A stretch of 64,000 nt of DNA from a bacterium (GCA_963674695.2 CAXXGI010000003.1:288001-352000), one strand, 5' to 3'. Numbered from the stretch's first letter, positions 48,663 through 57,977 are shown. Program-made: numbers and translations. Notes: a model not told the origin generated them from the sequence alone.

Positions 48663-49886
48663 ATGATGAAACGCTATCTCAAAAAAAGTCTCCTATCGGG
48701 TTGTGCCATAGCCCTCATCATGAGCGGGGTTTCATCGGCCCGGGGTGCATCTGCCGAGAAGACGCCCGCTGCGCCTAAAGCGACAGGAGTTGCGATTGCA
48801 GCGCCTGCGCGCATCGCGGAAACCACCTATCAACGTGCGGGAAAACGATTCGACGTCGCCTTCTGGTCGATGGCCTCGGGCGATCTCGACGGCGATGGGG
48901 GCCGGGAGACGATCCTGCTCGAACGCGAGCGCGTGCGCATCGGTCGGCTCGCCGGTGTTGAGTTCACCGAAACGTCTCGCTGTGCGTGGAAGGGGCAGGC
49001 GCAAGGGGCGCGTGTCGATTGCTTCGATATCGATGGCGATGGCGACGACGAGATCCTCGTGACCGCCGTCGAAGAGGGGATGCCCGCATCGGCGGTGCTC
49101 GACTATCGCGACGGGAGCTGCACGCAGATGCTCGCCTATGTGCGGTACTCGATGCGCGTCGTGGCCGTTCCGGATGCAGCGCCTTCTTCCGCTGGAGAGA
49201 GCCCTCCATCGCCGGTGACGTGGAAGCGGGTCTTGTCGGGGCAGGGGTGGTCGGGCCAGCAGTTCTTCAGCGGTGCCGTCACCCGCCTTGAATATGATGG
49301 AAAGAAGCTCCGTCGTCGGGAAACATTATCGTTGCCGCGCTACACCGATATCTATCAGTTTGCCTACCTCCCCGCTGATGCGGGAGAGCCGAGTGTCCTG
49401 CGTCTGGCCGGACATGAGCGCCTCGAACTGCATGAGCGGCGTGGACGGAAATTCAAACGCGTCTGGCGTAGCGTGAAGCGCTATGGGGGAACCCTCAATC
49501 TCTTGCCGGCCCAGCAGCGTTCGGTTCTGGGCGAGGTGCAGCATCAGTTTGCCCTCTTCGGAATTCCTCCGGCGATCGTCGCCCAGCGGTCTCCGACGAC
49601 GGCGTTCGTCGCGCAGCAGGATATGCCGGTGCAGGGGATGGTGGGACGCCTGCCCTTTGTTCGTGGCGGACGCATGGTGGGGCTCGTTTCCGACCCGGTC
49701 CTGGGGTTCTTGCCGCAGATGCAGACGGTTTTGCTTTCGGCGGGGATCGTCGATTTCGCTGCGGTCGTCGATCCGGAGGGGGGCGCGCTCCAACTCATCG
49801 TGCTTGCTCGAATGAACCCGACCTATTTCTCCCAGGATCCGCAGAGCCAGCTCCTGCTCTTTGCGTGGCCCCAGACAGGCTCCTAG
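48663..49886 (+). CDS. Secreted FG-GAP/VCBS repeat protein
   Basis: Signal peptide; GDLDGDG..E and DIDGDGDDEI motifs. Confidence 0.75.
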   Translation: MMKRYLKKSLLSGCAIALIMSGVSSARGASAEKTPAAPKATGVAIAAPARIAETTYQRAGKRFDVAFWSMASGDLDGDGGRETILLERERVRIGRLAGVEFTETSRCAWKGQAQGARVDCFDIDGDGDDEILVTAVEEGMPASAVLDYRDGSCTQMLAYVRYSMRVVAVPDAAPSSAGESPPSPVTWKRVLSGQGWSGQQFFSGAVTRLEYDGKKLRRRETLSLPRYTDIYQFAYLPADAGEPSVLRLAGHERLELHERRGRKFKRVWRSVKRYGGTLNLLPAQQRSVLGEVQHQFALFGIPPAIVAQRSPTTAFVAQQDMPVQGMVGRLPFVRGGRMVGLVSDPVLGFLPQMQTVLLSAGIVDFAAVVDPEGGALQLIVLARMNPTYFSQDPQSQLLLFAWPQTGS

Positions 49887-50119
49887 TGTGGGGTGCAGCC
49901 CTGATAGCAGCCTTTGAGGGCATCCGTGCATTCGCAGGGTTTGGTGATGTCCGTCTCACACTTGAGCAGGCAGGTATCGTAGGCCAGGTCACAGTCCTGA
50001 ACGCAGTTGGTGTCGGCGTCGTAGGGGGGCTCAGGCTCCGATGAGGTGGGCGCGATCGGGTTGGGATCGCAGGCGCTCAACAGTATCATGACGCTCAATA
50101 CAAACACGATTCTCTTCAT
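49883..50119 (-). CDS. Small cysteine-rich lipoprotein
   Basis: Lipobox LSAC; eight further Cys including three CxxxC pairs. Confidence 0.65.
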   Translation of the reverse strand: MKRIVFVLSVMILLSACDPNPIAPTSSEPEPPYDADTNCVQDCDLAYDTCLLKCETDITKPCECTDALKGCYQGCTPH

Positions 50120-50271
50120 CTCGCATCCTTTATGAGGGCAAACGGGCTCCCGCTAAAAAATGAAATTACGGGAAATCCTATAAAAGGGCAACGGTTCTGT
50201 TCATTCTCAAAGGACTTGCACTCAAATACGGTTTGTGCAAAATCCGCTCGCTCCATGAACGAGGACGTTGT

Positions 50272-50348
50272 GGCGGGGTAGCTCAGCTGGTGAGAGCGGT
50301 GGATTCATAACCCACAGGTCGGCGGTTCAAGTCCGCCCCCCGCTACCA
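50272..50348 (+). tRNA. tRNA with CAT anticodon (probably elongator Met), CCA encoded
   Basis: GGCGGGG/CCCCGCT acceptor stem; GTGGA-TTCATAA-CCCAC anticodon arm; lacks initiator features. Confidence 0.93.
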
Positions 50349-50431
50349 ACACACAGCCCAGAGGGTCTTGAAAGACCATCTGGGCTGATGTGTTGGTAAG
50401 CCCGCCGAGCTCAGTGGAGGGCTACCAAAAC

Positions 50432-50474
50432 ACGGCTTTGCGGGCGATAGTGTCGCCTGCAAAGCCGTTGTTTT
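50432..50474 (+). terminator. Terminator-like hairpin downstream of tRNA-Met
   Basis: ACGGCTTTGCGGGCGA-tagtg-TCGCCTGCAAAGCCGT followed by TGTTTT. Confidence 0.7.
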
Positions 50475-50586
50475 ATGGTAACCGCAGTTCCTTCCCCGTC
50501 GTCGTCTGTCTTCTATCCCCTTGAAATAACAACTGAAAATGTAGATCCGACCTGTCTATCCCGCACGGCTGTGTCAAAATAACTTC

Positions 50587-50613
50587 GCAACTTTTCGTGG
50601 CGGCAGCCGAAAA
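50587..50613 (+). promoter_or_regulatory. Sigma28-like promoter
   Basis: GCAAC-N14-GCCGAAAA. Confidence 0.65.
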
Positions 50614-50653
50614 TACCGGTGGAAGTTCATTTTCGGGGGCAGGAGGCATTTCC

Positions 50654-52441
50654 ATGGGAAGCACATCCGATGTGGCAGCGAAAAGGTGTAATGGTGTGAA
50701 AAACCAAAACCAGTGCGAGCAGTATGTGGGCGACTGTGTGCGGCAAAAGCGGCTCCAGAAGGGGAAATCGAAGAAGGAGAAGGTCTTCGTCCTCGATCCG
50801 CCGGGGCCGGACGCGCGCGCCTATCGAACCTATTCCGAGTGCGTCAATGATGCCGACAATGTTGCGGCGAGCTTTCCTCCCGATCCGGATTGGTGCGCCG
50901 ATGCGGGCGATGCGGATTCCTGCGACGAACTGGTAGGATCCTGTGTCGAGCAGCGTAAAGCGGGGAAGAAGAAGTTCTTCCTCGATGCGGGCGAAGGGCT
51001 CACGATCAGCGCCCAATCCTTCGGTTCCTGTGTCAAGTGGGCCGGACGTCTTACGCGTCGCGCCCCGCAGGTGAAGAAGAAGGCGAAACAGGTCGTCGAG
51101 AAGAAGGACGAGACGGGGGTTCAAGAGAAGGGACAAAAAAAGGTCGAGGAGAAGCAAGTCGAGATTGGAACCCTCCCGAAGCCCGTCGCGAACTGGTCCA
51201 AGGTTCATTCCTCTCGGTATGATAGCGTTCCGGATCAGGAAGACGTCGATTACATCATGTCGTCGAGCTACAACGAAAAGAAAAAGAGCGGCGAGATCGT
51301 CGTCGTCATCGGCGGGAAGCCCAAGACATTCACGTCCAATCAAGCGGCCCAGAAGCTGGTGAAGCACTATGCGCGCAGAGAGCGCCTGGTGAAAAAGAAT
51401 TTTTCTAGCCGGATCGATTCGCTCCTGCAGGAGCTGATGCGGATTGGTACGAAGGTGAAGAAAAAACCCACATCGATGGAGAAGGATTCCGTCTATTATG
51501 AACGCACGCGCACTTCCGACAATGAGACGATCGAGGAGGTGCGCATTCTGGCCACCGGCCCGCGCGCCGTTCTGATCATGAAGGAAATGGCTGAACTCAA
51601 GGCGAAGCGGAATGCCTTGATCGGTCGTTTGCGTCAGGAATGTCTGAAGAAGATCATGGCACTGAAACTCAAGAAGGCGACGGTTGGGCAGAAGAGCGAC
51701 ACGGCCTTCGATGAAATGGAGGAGGAGGAGAAGAAGGCGCCGTCGCAGGAGCTTGCGCCCCAGGGTAAGGAGAAGAAAGCCCAAAAGGGTGAGGGCGTAC
51801 AGGCAGAGCCGAAGGCGGAACAGGAACCGGTGGTTCAGGTCATCAATAGGAGTATGCAGCATATTCCCCAGACGACGACGCTCCTCATCGCCAACGCGTT
51901 GGTGGAGGCAGGGTTCGAAGGCAAGGCGGAGCTGGTCGAGCATGTTCAGGATCAGGACAAGAAAAACGTTGATCGCTATTTCTCAATCGTCCTCACCGCA
52001 AAGGATGGGAGCCAGGGCGTATTGCTCCTTCCGGTCATCACGCATAAGCGTGGTTCAATATTCAGCGCGACCGATCTGGAGGGAGCGGTGGGCCAAGTGA
52101 TCGGTACGTGGAAGGCGACGATGGGCCCGGCCTCCTGCGCCAAGGGAAAGGTGCAGAATGCAACCTATATGCATATCGCGTCCGATGTGATGGTGGCGGC
52201 GAAGATTCAATGCCACCGCATGGGCTATGCCGGTGCCGTCACCATTGAAACCCTGATTCGCATAGAAGATGAGAAGCGATTTTCCACGATTCGCATCGTC
52301 GTCGAAGTGGAGAAGGGACAGCAGAAGGTTTTCTCCCTCAAACAGCGAGAGGGTTCGATCGATGCCAAGGGCTGGCGCGAAATCATCGAGGAGATCGGTG
52401 CACTCAAGAAGAGCGATGCCAAAACGCTGAAGAAAAAATAA
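50654..52441 (+). CDS. Lys/Glu-rich hypothetical protein with duplicated Cys-rich N-terminal module
   Basis: AGGAGG SD before ATG 50654; 595 aa; no signal peptide. Confidence 0.7.
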   Translation: MGSTSDVAAKRCNGVKNQNQCEQYVGDCVRQKRLQKGKSKKEKVFVLDPPGPDARAYRTYSECVNDADNVAASFPPDPDWCADAGDADSCDELVGSCVEQRKAGKKKFFLDAGEGLTISAQSFGSCVKWAGRLTRRAPQVKKKAKQVVEKKDETGVQEKGQKKVEEKQVEIGTLPKPVANWSKVHSSRYDSVPDQEDVDYIMSSSYNEKKKSGEIVVVIGGKPKTFTSNQAAQKLVKHYARRERLVKKNFSSRIDSLLQELMRIGTKVKKKPTSMEKDSVYYERTRTSDNETIEEVRILATGPRAVLIMKEMAELKAKRNALIGRLRQECLKKIMALKLKKATVGQKSDTAFDEMEEEEKKAPSQELAPQGKEKKAQKGEGVQAEPKAEQEPVVQVINRSMQHIPQTTTLLIANALVEAGFEGKAELVEHVQDQDKKNVDRYFSIVLTAKDGSQGVLLLPVITHKRGSIFSATDLEGAVGQVIGTWKATMGPASCAKGKVQNATYMHIASDVMVAAKIQCHRMGYAGAVTIETLIRIEDEKRFSTIRIVVEVEKGQQKVFSLKQREGSIDAKGWREIIEEIGALKKSDAKTLKKK

Positions 52442-52479
52442 ATATTGATGGGCACCTCTAAAAACTGCCATTTCTCGCA

Positions 52480-52550
52480 TTGTCATCCTGAGCATAGCGA
52501 AGGATCTCCATGCAATTTCAGGGGATCCTTCGCTACGCTCAGGATGACAA
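52480..52550. repeat. TGTCAT-headed 30-bp inverted repeat (REP/MITE-like)
   Basis: TTGTCATCCTGAGCATAGCGAAGGATCTCC ... GGGGATCCTTCGCTACGCTCAGGATGACAA. Confidence 0.85.
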
Positions 52551-52654
52551 CAACAGGTTTGCCATCACTCTCACGCGGGGTCCAGTCGGGCCCCGCTTTT
52601 TTTGCCTTGCGCTCGAGTGGCGATCCTCGTTATCGACATGCGCAGGAGGCATCC

Positions 52655-53077
52655 ATGCATTCCATGACCAATCGAATCGAACGAACGATCCTCGCACGCG
52701 CTGAGCGCGGCGAGGATCTCTTTTTCTGCCTCACGCGGCTGGTCGAAGAAAACGATGTTCGCTGCGGTGCTCTGCAGGTCATCGGCGCGGTTGCGAAGGC
52801 CAAGCTCGGCATCTTTGAAGACGGACGCTACGAGTGGGTCGAACACGACGGTGCGCTCGAGATCGCTTCCTGCACGGGCAACGTCGCGCTCAAAGAGGGT
52901 GTGCCCTTCGTGCATGCGCATGCGGTGCTCACCGATCATCGGGGGACCGTGCTGGGCGGGCATGTGGGCGAGGGCTGCATCATCGATCCGACCGCCGAGA
53001 TCCACCTGCAGATCTGGGCCGATGAGGTCTCGCGCCGCCTGGATGAGGCGACGGGTTTGTGGCTGCTCGATATCTAA
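52655..53077 (+). CDS. PPC/DUF296 domain protein
   Basis: IGAV, EIASCTGN, FVHAHAVL, GGH; AGGAGG SD. Confidence 0.9.
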   Translation: MHSMTNRIERTILARAERGEDLFFCLTRLVEENDVRCGALQVIGAVAKAKLGIFEDGRYEWVEHDGALEIASCTGNVALKEGVPFVHAHAVLTDHRGTVLGGHVGEGCIIDPTAEIHLQIWADEVSRRLDEATGLWLLDI

Positions 53078-54750
53078 TCAATAAACTGTAGCACCTTCGC
53101 CGAGAGGATGCGGCCGTTGGGGTTTCCGGCCTCGACGGCGATGGCGGTTTCATCCGTCTTGAAATACCAGGCGAGCATCGGCTTGGTGATGGCGCGGTCC
53201 TTCCTCCCTGCGTTGAGCATCTTGGGCGAGAGGACGACGAGTTTTGCGCCCTTCGCCCCCAATTTCATGAGCGATTTTTTACACGTGGCGACGAGGCTGT
53301 GAATGGTGTTCGCCTCCACCGGTGCATCCTCGCGCCGCTTGAGATCCTCTTCGATGTTCGAGGTGACGGCATGCATCGCCTTGGCGAACGCCTTCTCCTT
53401 CGTGAGCCGCACCGTCTCGTCGAACGACCCCTGGGCGATCGGCAGCACGCCTTCGGTGTGCACGACGCCCTTCCGGTCGATCAGCTTTCCGTGCCCGAGG
53501 ACGGGCAGGGTGTAGGGCTTTCTCGTCTTTCGCGATTTCGTCTTCGTGACATAGAGCTGTTCTGCGACGCGCACCCGTCCCTCTCCCTTTACGACGCGCG
53601 GGTCCGCGCCGAGGATGACCGGCTTTGTAAACTGCATGCCGGCCAGCGTTGTGGGCTGCGCCTTGGGCGCGCCCATAAACTGTTCCATCCAGTCGAATTC
53701 GCGCACTTTCGCTTCAGCCTCGATCTCGCGCACAATGTCGTTCTGTCCGATGCCGAGTTGCGCGAGTTCGTCGAGCTCTCCAGCGGCGAAGAGCCCTTGG
53801 GTTCCCTTGACGACGGCGGGTTTGAAATCCGCAAAGGAAGGGGTGGGGACGATGTAGCTGTCGGCATGGGCGACGACCATCTTCAGGACCGCGATGCGCG
53901 CCATGACCCGGTTCTCGGGTGAACAGCGCCCCGTGCGTTTTTCGATGAGTCCTTCGATGCGCCCCATGAGCTTCCACCAGAAGCCGCTGTAGACCGTGCC
54001 GATGTGATGTGAATCGATATTCGGTTTCTTGACCGAAAAGATATCGCGGAACGTCGTCGTGTTGTTGCAGGTGCGCAGGCCCCTCGCTGTGCCGCGGTTG
54101 CGTCCCTTGAAGTAGCCGATATCCTCGGCGATCTGAGCGTCGCCGTGGATGAGCGCGGCGATGGCGTCGGCGCACCCCTCGTGGATGGCCAGCCCCGCCC
54201 CCAGAAAGGTGTCGGCCAGCTTCTTGTTGATCATGTCGATCACCCAATGGCCGGTCTCGTGCAAAACGATGTCGCCGTCGGAGGCAAAGGCGTTGCCGAA
54301 CGAGAGATCCTCGTCGGAGGGCATATAGAAGGCGTTGTTGAAGTTCGGAATGTTGATCGCCGCCGGAAGGGGCCCGCTATGGCGATCGCGCATATACCGG
54401 AGGAAGTGCATGTCGAGCCCGACGCGATCGCTCATGAAGCGGATGAAGGTGTCGAGTTCGTGATAGACCTGGCGATGACTGAAACAGGGGTTGCGCGTGA
54501 CGCCGTCGGCTTGGAAAGGAGGGCAGGTGAAGAGATTCGCCCAGGGCTGCACGTCGTTGACGCAGACGTTGTCGCCGCACATCGCCGTTGCCCCCTTGGG
54601 CAGCGTGATCTCGACCTCGCGCGTGATGCCGAGCGAGCGCCCCTCGCGCTTGGCGCGATCAACAGCCTGCTTGCTCGAATAGTAGTTTTCCTTCTGCCAG
54701 ACGGTGACTCTGTGGTGGCAGACATTTCCTTCGCAGCGCATGGAACCCAT
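53074..54750 (-). CDS. M4/M36-like zinc metalloprotease
   Basis: NNAFY, DGDIVLHETGH, IHEGCAD, DSHHIG; start reassigned to ATG 54750 (AAGGAGG SD, downstream of the promoter motif). Confidence 0.82.
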   Translation of the reverse strand: MGSMRCEGNVCHHRVTVWQKENYYSSKQAVDRAKREGRSLGITREVEITLPKGATAMCGDNVCVNDVQPWANLFTCPPFQADGVTRNPCFSHRQVYHELDTFIRFMSDRVGLDMHFLRYMRDRHSGPLPAAINIPNFNNAFYMPSDEDLSFGNAFASDGDIVLHETGHWVIDMINKKLADTFLGAGLAIHEGCADAIAALIHGDAQIAEDIGYFKGRNRGTARGLRTCNNTTTFRDIFSVKKPNIDSHHIGTVYSGFWWKLMGRIEGLIEKRTGRCSPENRVMARIAVLKMVVAHADSYIVPTPSFADFKPAVVKGTQGLFAAGELDELAQLGIGQNDIVREIEAEAKVREFDWMEQFMGAPKAQPTTLAGMQFTKPVILGADPRVVKGEGRVRVAEQLYVTKTKSRKTRKPYTLPVLGHGKLIDRKGVVHTEGVLPIAQGSFDETVRLTKEKAFAKAMHAVTSNIEEDLKRREDAPVEANTIHSLVATCKKSLMKLGAKGAKLVVLSPKMLNAGRKDRAITKPMLAWYFKTDETAIAVEAGNPNGRILSAKVLQFID

Positions 54751-54773
54751 GAGGTGTTCCCTCCTTTGCCCCC

Positions 54774-54800
54774 TTATCGCTTCTTCTCGCAAAATGTTGC
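54774..54800 (-). promoter_or_regulatory. Sigma28-like promoter
   Basis: GCAAC-N14-AGCGATAA. Confidence 0.65.
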
Positions 54801-54892
54801 GTGAAGAGTCAACCCTGGCCATTTTTTGTGGCGCCAGGGGAGGCGCCGGAAAAGCTTGATTTATCAGGTGGTTCTGCTAGGACGCTGCAGCG

Positions 54893-55507
54893 ATGAATCA
54901 TATTGCCCCCAATCCTGTGACCTCGTTTCGGCCCGAATCGATCTCGCCCTGCATCGATCCGAGCGCATTCGTCCATTCGCTGGCCGCCGTGATCGGCGAT
55001 GTGACCGTTGGCGCCGAGGTCTTTGTCGCCCCCGGGGCATCCCTGCGCGCCGATGAAGGCTCGCCGTTTTTCTTCGGCGCGCGCTGCAACGTGCAGGACG
55101 GCGTCATCGCGCATGCGCTCGAGACGCATGGCGAACATTTCGAACAGAATACGTTTGAGGTGGAGGGGAAGCGCTACGCCATCTTCGTGGGCAAACAGGT
55201 TTCTCTTGCTCATCAGTGTCAGCTGCATGGGCCGGTCGTGGTCGAAGACGACGCCTTCATCGGCATGCAGGCTTTTCTCTTTCGTTCTCGCGTGGGCCGC
55301 GGTTGTGTGGTGGAGCCGGGTGCTCGGCTTATCGGTGTCACGGTCGCGCCGGGACGGTATGTATCGGCTGGAATGGTTGTCGCCACGCAGGAAGCGGCCG
55401 ATGCCCTTGGCGTGATCGATGAGACCTATCCGCTGCGCGCGCTCAATGCGGGGGTGGTCGAAGTGAACACGGAACTGGCAAGAGCGTATAAGAACCGTGA
55501 CTCGTAA
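54893..55507 (+). CDS. Gamma-class carbonic anhydrase (Cam-like)
   Basis: LRADEG, NVQDGVIAH, LAHQCQLHGP; hexapeptide repeats. Confidence 0.88.
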   Translation: MNHIAPNPVTSFRPESISPCIDPSAFVHSLAAVIGDVTVGAEVFVAPGASLRADEGSPFFFGARCNVQDGVIAHALETHGEHFEQNTFEVEGKRYAIFVGKQVSLAHQCQLHGPVVVEDDAFIGMQAFLFRSRVGRGCVVEPGARLIGVTVAPGRYVSAGMVVATQEAADALGVIDETYPLRALNAGVVEVNTELARAYKNRDS

Positions 55508-55577
55508 CTCGTCATGCTATGCGAGTCACGAGTCACGAGTCACGAGTTACGAGTCACGAGTTACGAGTCACGAGTCA
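55496..55577. repeat. 7-mer array (CGAGTCA/CGAGTTA x8) preceded by inverted units, ending at the der start
   Basis: CGTGACT CGTAACT on the left; eight units 55522-55577, the last A being the A of ATG. Confidence 0.92.
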
Positions 55578-56881
55578 TGCATCCTATCGTCGCCATCGTC
55601 GGTCGCCCAAATGTGGGCAAATCCAGGCTCTTCAATCGCCTGATCGGGCAGTCGCGCGCGATTGTCGCCGATGTGGCGGGGGTCACCCGCGATCGGCACT
55701 ATGCGCCCGCGGAGTGGGCCGGCCGCGAGTTCATCGTCGTCGACACGGGGGGGCTGGAGTTCGATCCCTCCTTTGATCTCGAGCACGCCGTCTCCCGACA
55801 GAGCCTGCGCGCGGTCGAAGAGGCCGATATCATCGTCTGTCTCTTCGACGGGCAGCAGGATGAACCGGCGGTGGCCGATCGTGAGGTGGTGCAGGAGCTG
55901 CGGCGCTGCGGCAAACCCGTGGTCTTTGTCGTCAACAAGATCGACGAGGTCGTGCACGAGGATCGGTTGCAGTCCTATTCGACGTTTGGTCTCGATTCGC
56001 TCATCGGTGTCTCGGCGGAACATGGCCGCAATATCGGCGATCTGCTCGATGCGATTACGGCGTTCTTTCCCGAACCATCTGGCGTGGTCGATGAAGAGGA
56101 TGACGATCTGCGCGTGGCCGTGGTGGGGCGCCCGAACGTGGGCAAGTCGACCATCATCAATCGTTTGGCCGGCGATGAACGCGTGGTCGCTCACGAGATG
56201 TCCGGAACGACGCGCGACGCGATCGATGTCGAAATCGATTTCGAGGGAACGCAATACGTCTTCATCGACACGGCGGGCGTCAAACGTCGCCTGAAAAACG
56301 CGGAGAAGCTTGAGCGCTTCACGGCGATGCGCAGCCTTCGAGCGGTCGATCGGGCGAATGTGATTTGCCAGCTCATCGATGTGGGCGAAGGGCTCACAAA
56401 ACAGGATTTGCATCTGGCGGGGTTCGTGCGCGAAGAGGGCAAGGGGCTCATCCTCCTCGCGAACAAGTGGGATCTCGTGGGGGGCGACTGGAAGGAATAT
56501 GAGGCGGATCTGCGCTATCGCCTGGGCGAATTCAAGGACGTGCCGATCCTGCCCGTCTCGGCCAAGACCGGTTTTGGATGCCTCAAAATTTTCACCGCGA
56601 TCGATCGCGTGGCCAAGGCGCTGGCTGCGACGATTTCAACCTCCGAGCTCAATCGCATCGTCGAGCATGCGCTCCAAGAACATCATCTGCCGGTCTTTCG
56701 GGGGAAACAGGTCAACATCAAGTACGCCACCCAGGTGGGCACCCATCCGCCGACCATCGCGCTCTTTGCGAACTATCCTGCAGCTGTCCCCTATACCTAC
56801 CGACGCTACCTCATCAAACGCCTGCAGGAAGCCATGAACGCGCAGGAAGTCCCCGTCCGCGTGGTGTGTAAGCGGAAGTGA
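55577..56881 (+). CDS. der: Ribosome biogenesis GTPase Der (EngA)
   Basis: Two GRPNVGKS domains, GVTRDR, DTGG, GTTRD, DTAG, NKWD. Confidence 0.97.
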   Translation: MHPIVAIVGRPNVGKSRLFNRLIGQSRAIVADVAGVTRDRHYAPAEWAGREFIVVDTGGLEFDPSFDLEHAVSRQSLRAVEEADIIVCLFDGQQDEPAVADREVVQELRRCGKPVVFVVNKIDEVVHEDRLQSYSTFGLDSLIGVSAEHGRNIGDLLDAITAFFPEPSGVVDEEDDDLRVAVVGRPNVGKSTIINRLAGDERVVAHEMSGTTRDAIDVEIDFEGTQYVFIDTAGVKRRLKNAEKLERFTAMRSLRAVDRANVICQLIDVGEGLTKQDLHLAGFVREEGKGLILLANKWDLVGGDWKEYEADLRYRLGEFKDVPILPVSAKTGFGCLKIFTAIDRVAKALAATISTSELNRIVEHALQEHHLPVFRGKQVNIKYATQVGTHPPTIALFANYPAAVPYTYRRYLIKRLQEAMNAQEVPVRVVCKRK

Positions 56882-56924
56882 CTTTGAGTGTCTAAATAGA
56901 GCCCATCAGAAAAAGGGTTGTTGC

Positions 56925-56950
56925 TGTCATTCCCGCGAAGGCGGGAATCT
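56925..56950. repeat. TGTCAT-headed palindromic element
   Basis: TGTCATTCCCGCGAAGGCGGGAATCT. Confidence 0.75.
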
Positions 56951-57011
56951 CGATGTACTTGAACACCGATACGCCATTCCTACATTGTTTCTGAATTCGA
57001 TTGACAACCGC

Positions 57012-57038
57012 GCAACATATTTTCTATAGCGTCGATAC
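57012..57038 (+). promoter_or_regulatory. Sigma28-like promoter
   Basis: GCAAC-N14-GTCGATAC. Confidence 0.65.
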
Positions 57039-57086
57039 AGAGAGCACACATCAGAGCGGCGAGGAAGATCTGCCAAGGAGGGGAAA

Positions 57087-57977
57087 ATGGTCGGGACGCT
57101 TTCAGCAGCGAATTTTTTTCAGGCGGCGGCGATGTATGAATTCCCCATCGACACCCTGCCGCAAGTCCCGGCTTGTTCTGGAGACGAATTGCAACAGGTC
57201 CTCTTCGATCCGAGCGATGTGAGCGTTGTTGCGGATCTTGCGGATGGTATGGTTGGTGTCGCTCGCGAGATGGGGCCGGGGGATGGCTATTCCGTTGTGG
57301 AGGAGGGGGGCTCGCATGCATTGACAATCATGGGATCAACGCCGGGACAGCGCGTCGTCCTCTCGCAGGTTGATGGTCGTGGCACGGCGATCGATTGGCA
57401 CCTTGAGGCGCCGAGCATCGGGGCGGCGCTGCTCTATCAGATCGTCATGCCGTATGGAATACTGTCCTATCGCCATGCACGCGTGCAGCTGCCGGAGTTG
57501 GCGATGCCGCGCTTTCTGCGCGGTGCGGTTGAGGCGATCCTTGCCGATCCGGCGCGTTATCCTCAGGAGCGCATCGCTCTGTTTCAGAATGAGGAGCCCT
57601 GGCTGCCGCTGATCTTCGGGCAGGAGGAGGGGCATATCTCCATCGATTGGAATTCCTCGCGTGTTATTCCGGACCGCGTGCGCGATCAGAATGTTTCATT
57701 CGAGCTCCTGCGACCGATGACCGTGCCGACGATCAGCCGGGAGAATGCGGTGGGGGTGATGACGAAAGCCCCGGCGACGATGCCGTCGCTGACGATCTTT
57801 GCCGGACGGGATGGCCGTTATACCGTCGAGATCGCTGATGCGTTTGAAGGGGGCGACGGTCCGGCAGATGCCCTCACGATGTCGGCCCCCTTCAACGCCT
57901 TCTGGGCAAGCGCCGCCCGCGCGGCCAACTTCGCCAACGCGCCCAAGGGGGGCGGTGGGCATACGCATATCGGTTGA
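57087..57977 (+). CDS. Hypothetical protein, paralog of 34719..35744
   Basis: Colinear similarity to the 34719 ORF; GGAGG SD. Confidence 0.8.
   Translation: MVGTLSAANFFQAAAMYEFPIDTLPQVPACSGDELQQVLFDPSDVSVVADLADGMVGVAREMGPGDGYSVVEEGGSHALTIMGSTPGQRVVLSQVDGRGTAIDWHLEAPSIGAALLYQIVMPYGILSYRHARVQLPELAMPRFLRGAVEAILADPARYPQERIALFQNEEPWLPLIFGQEEGHISIDWNSSRVIPDRVRDQNVSFELLRPMTVPTISRENAVGVMTKAPATMPSLTIFAGRDGRYTVEIADAFEGGDGPADALTMSAPFNAFWASAARAANFANAPKGGGGHTHIG

Noticed and set aside
50272-52550. Integrated genomic island at tRNA-Met
   Set aside because: No integrase and no convincing distal att repeat.
54893-55507. Carboxysome CcmM
   Set aside because: No RbcS-like repeats or carboxysome genes; a stand-alone gamma carbonic anhydrase fits better.
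35670-57920. DGR template/variable repeat pair in the paralog 3' ends
   Set aside because: The similarity is short, differences are mostly synonymous rather than adenine-specific, and no reverse transcriptase is present.
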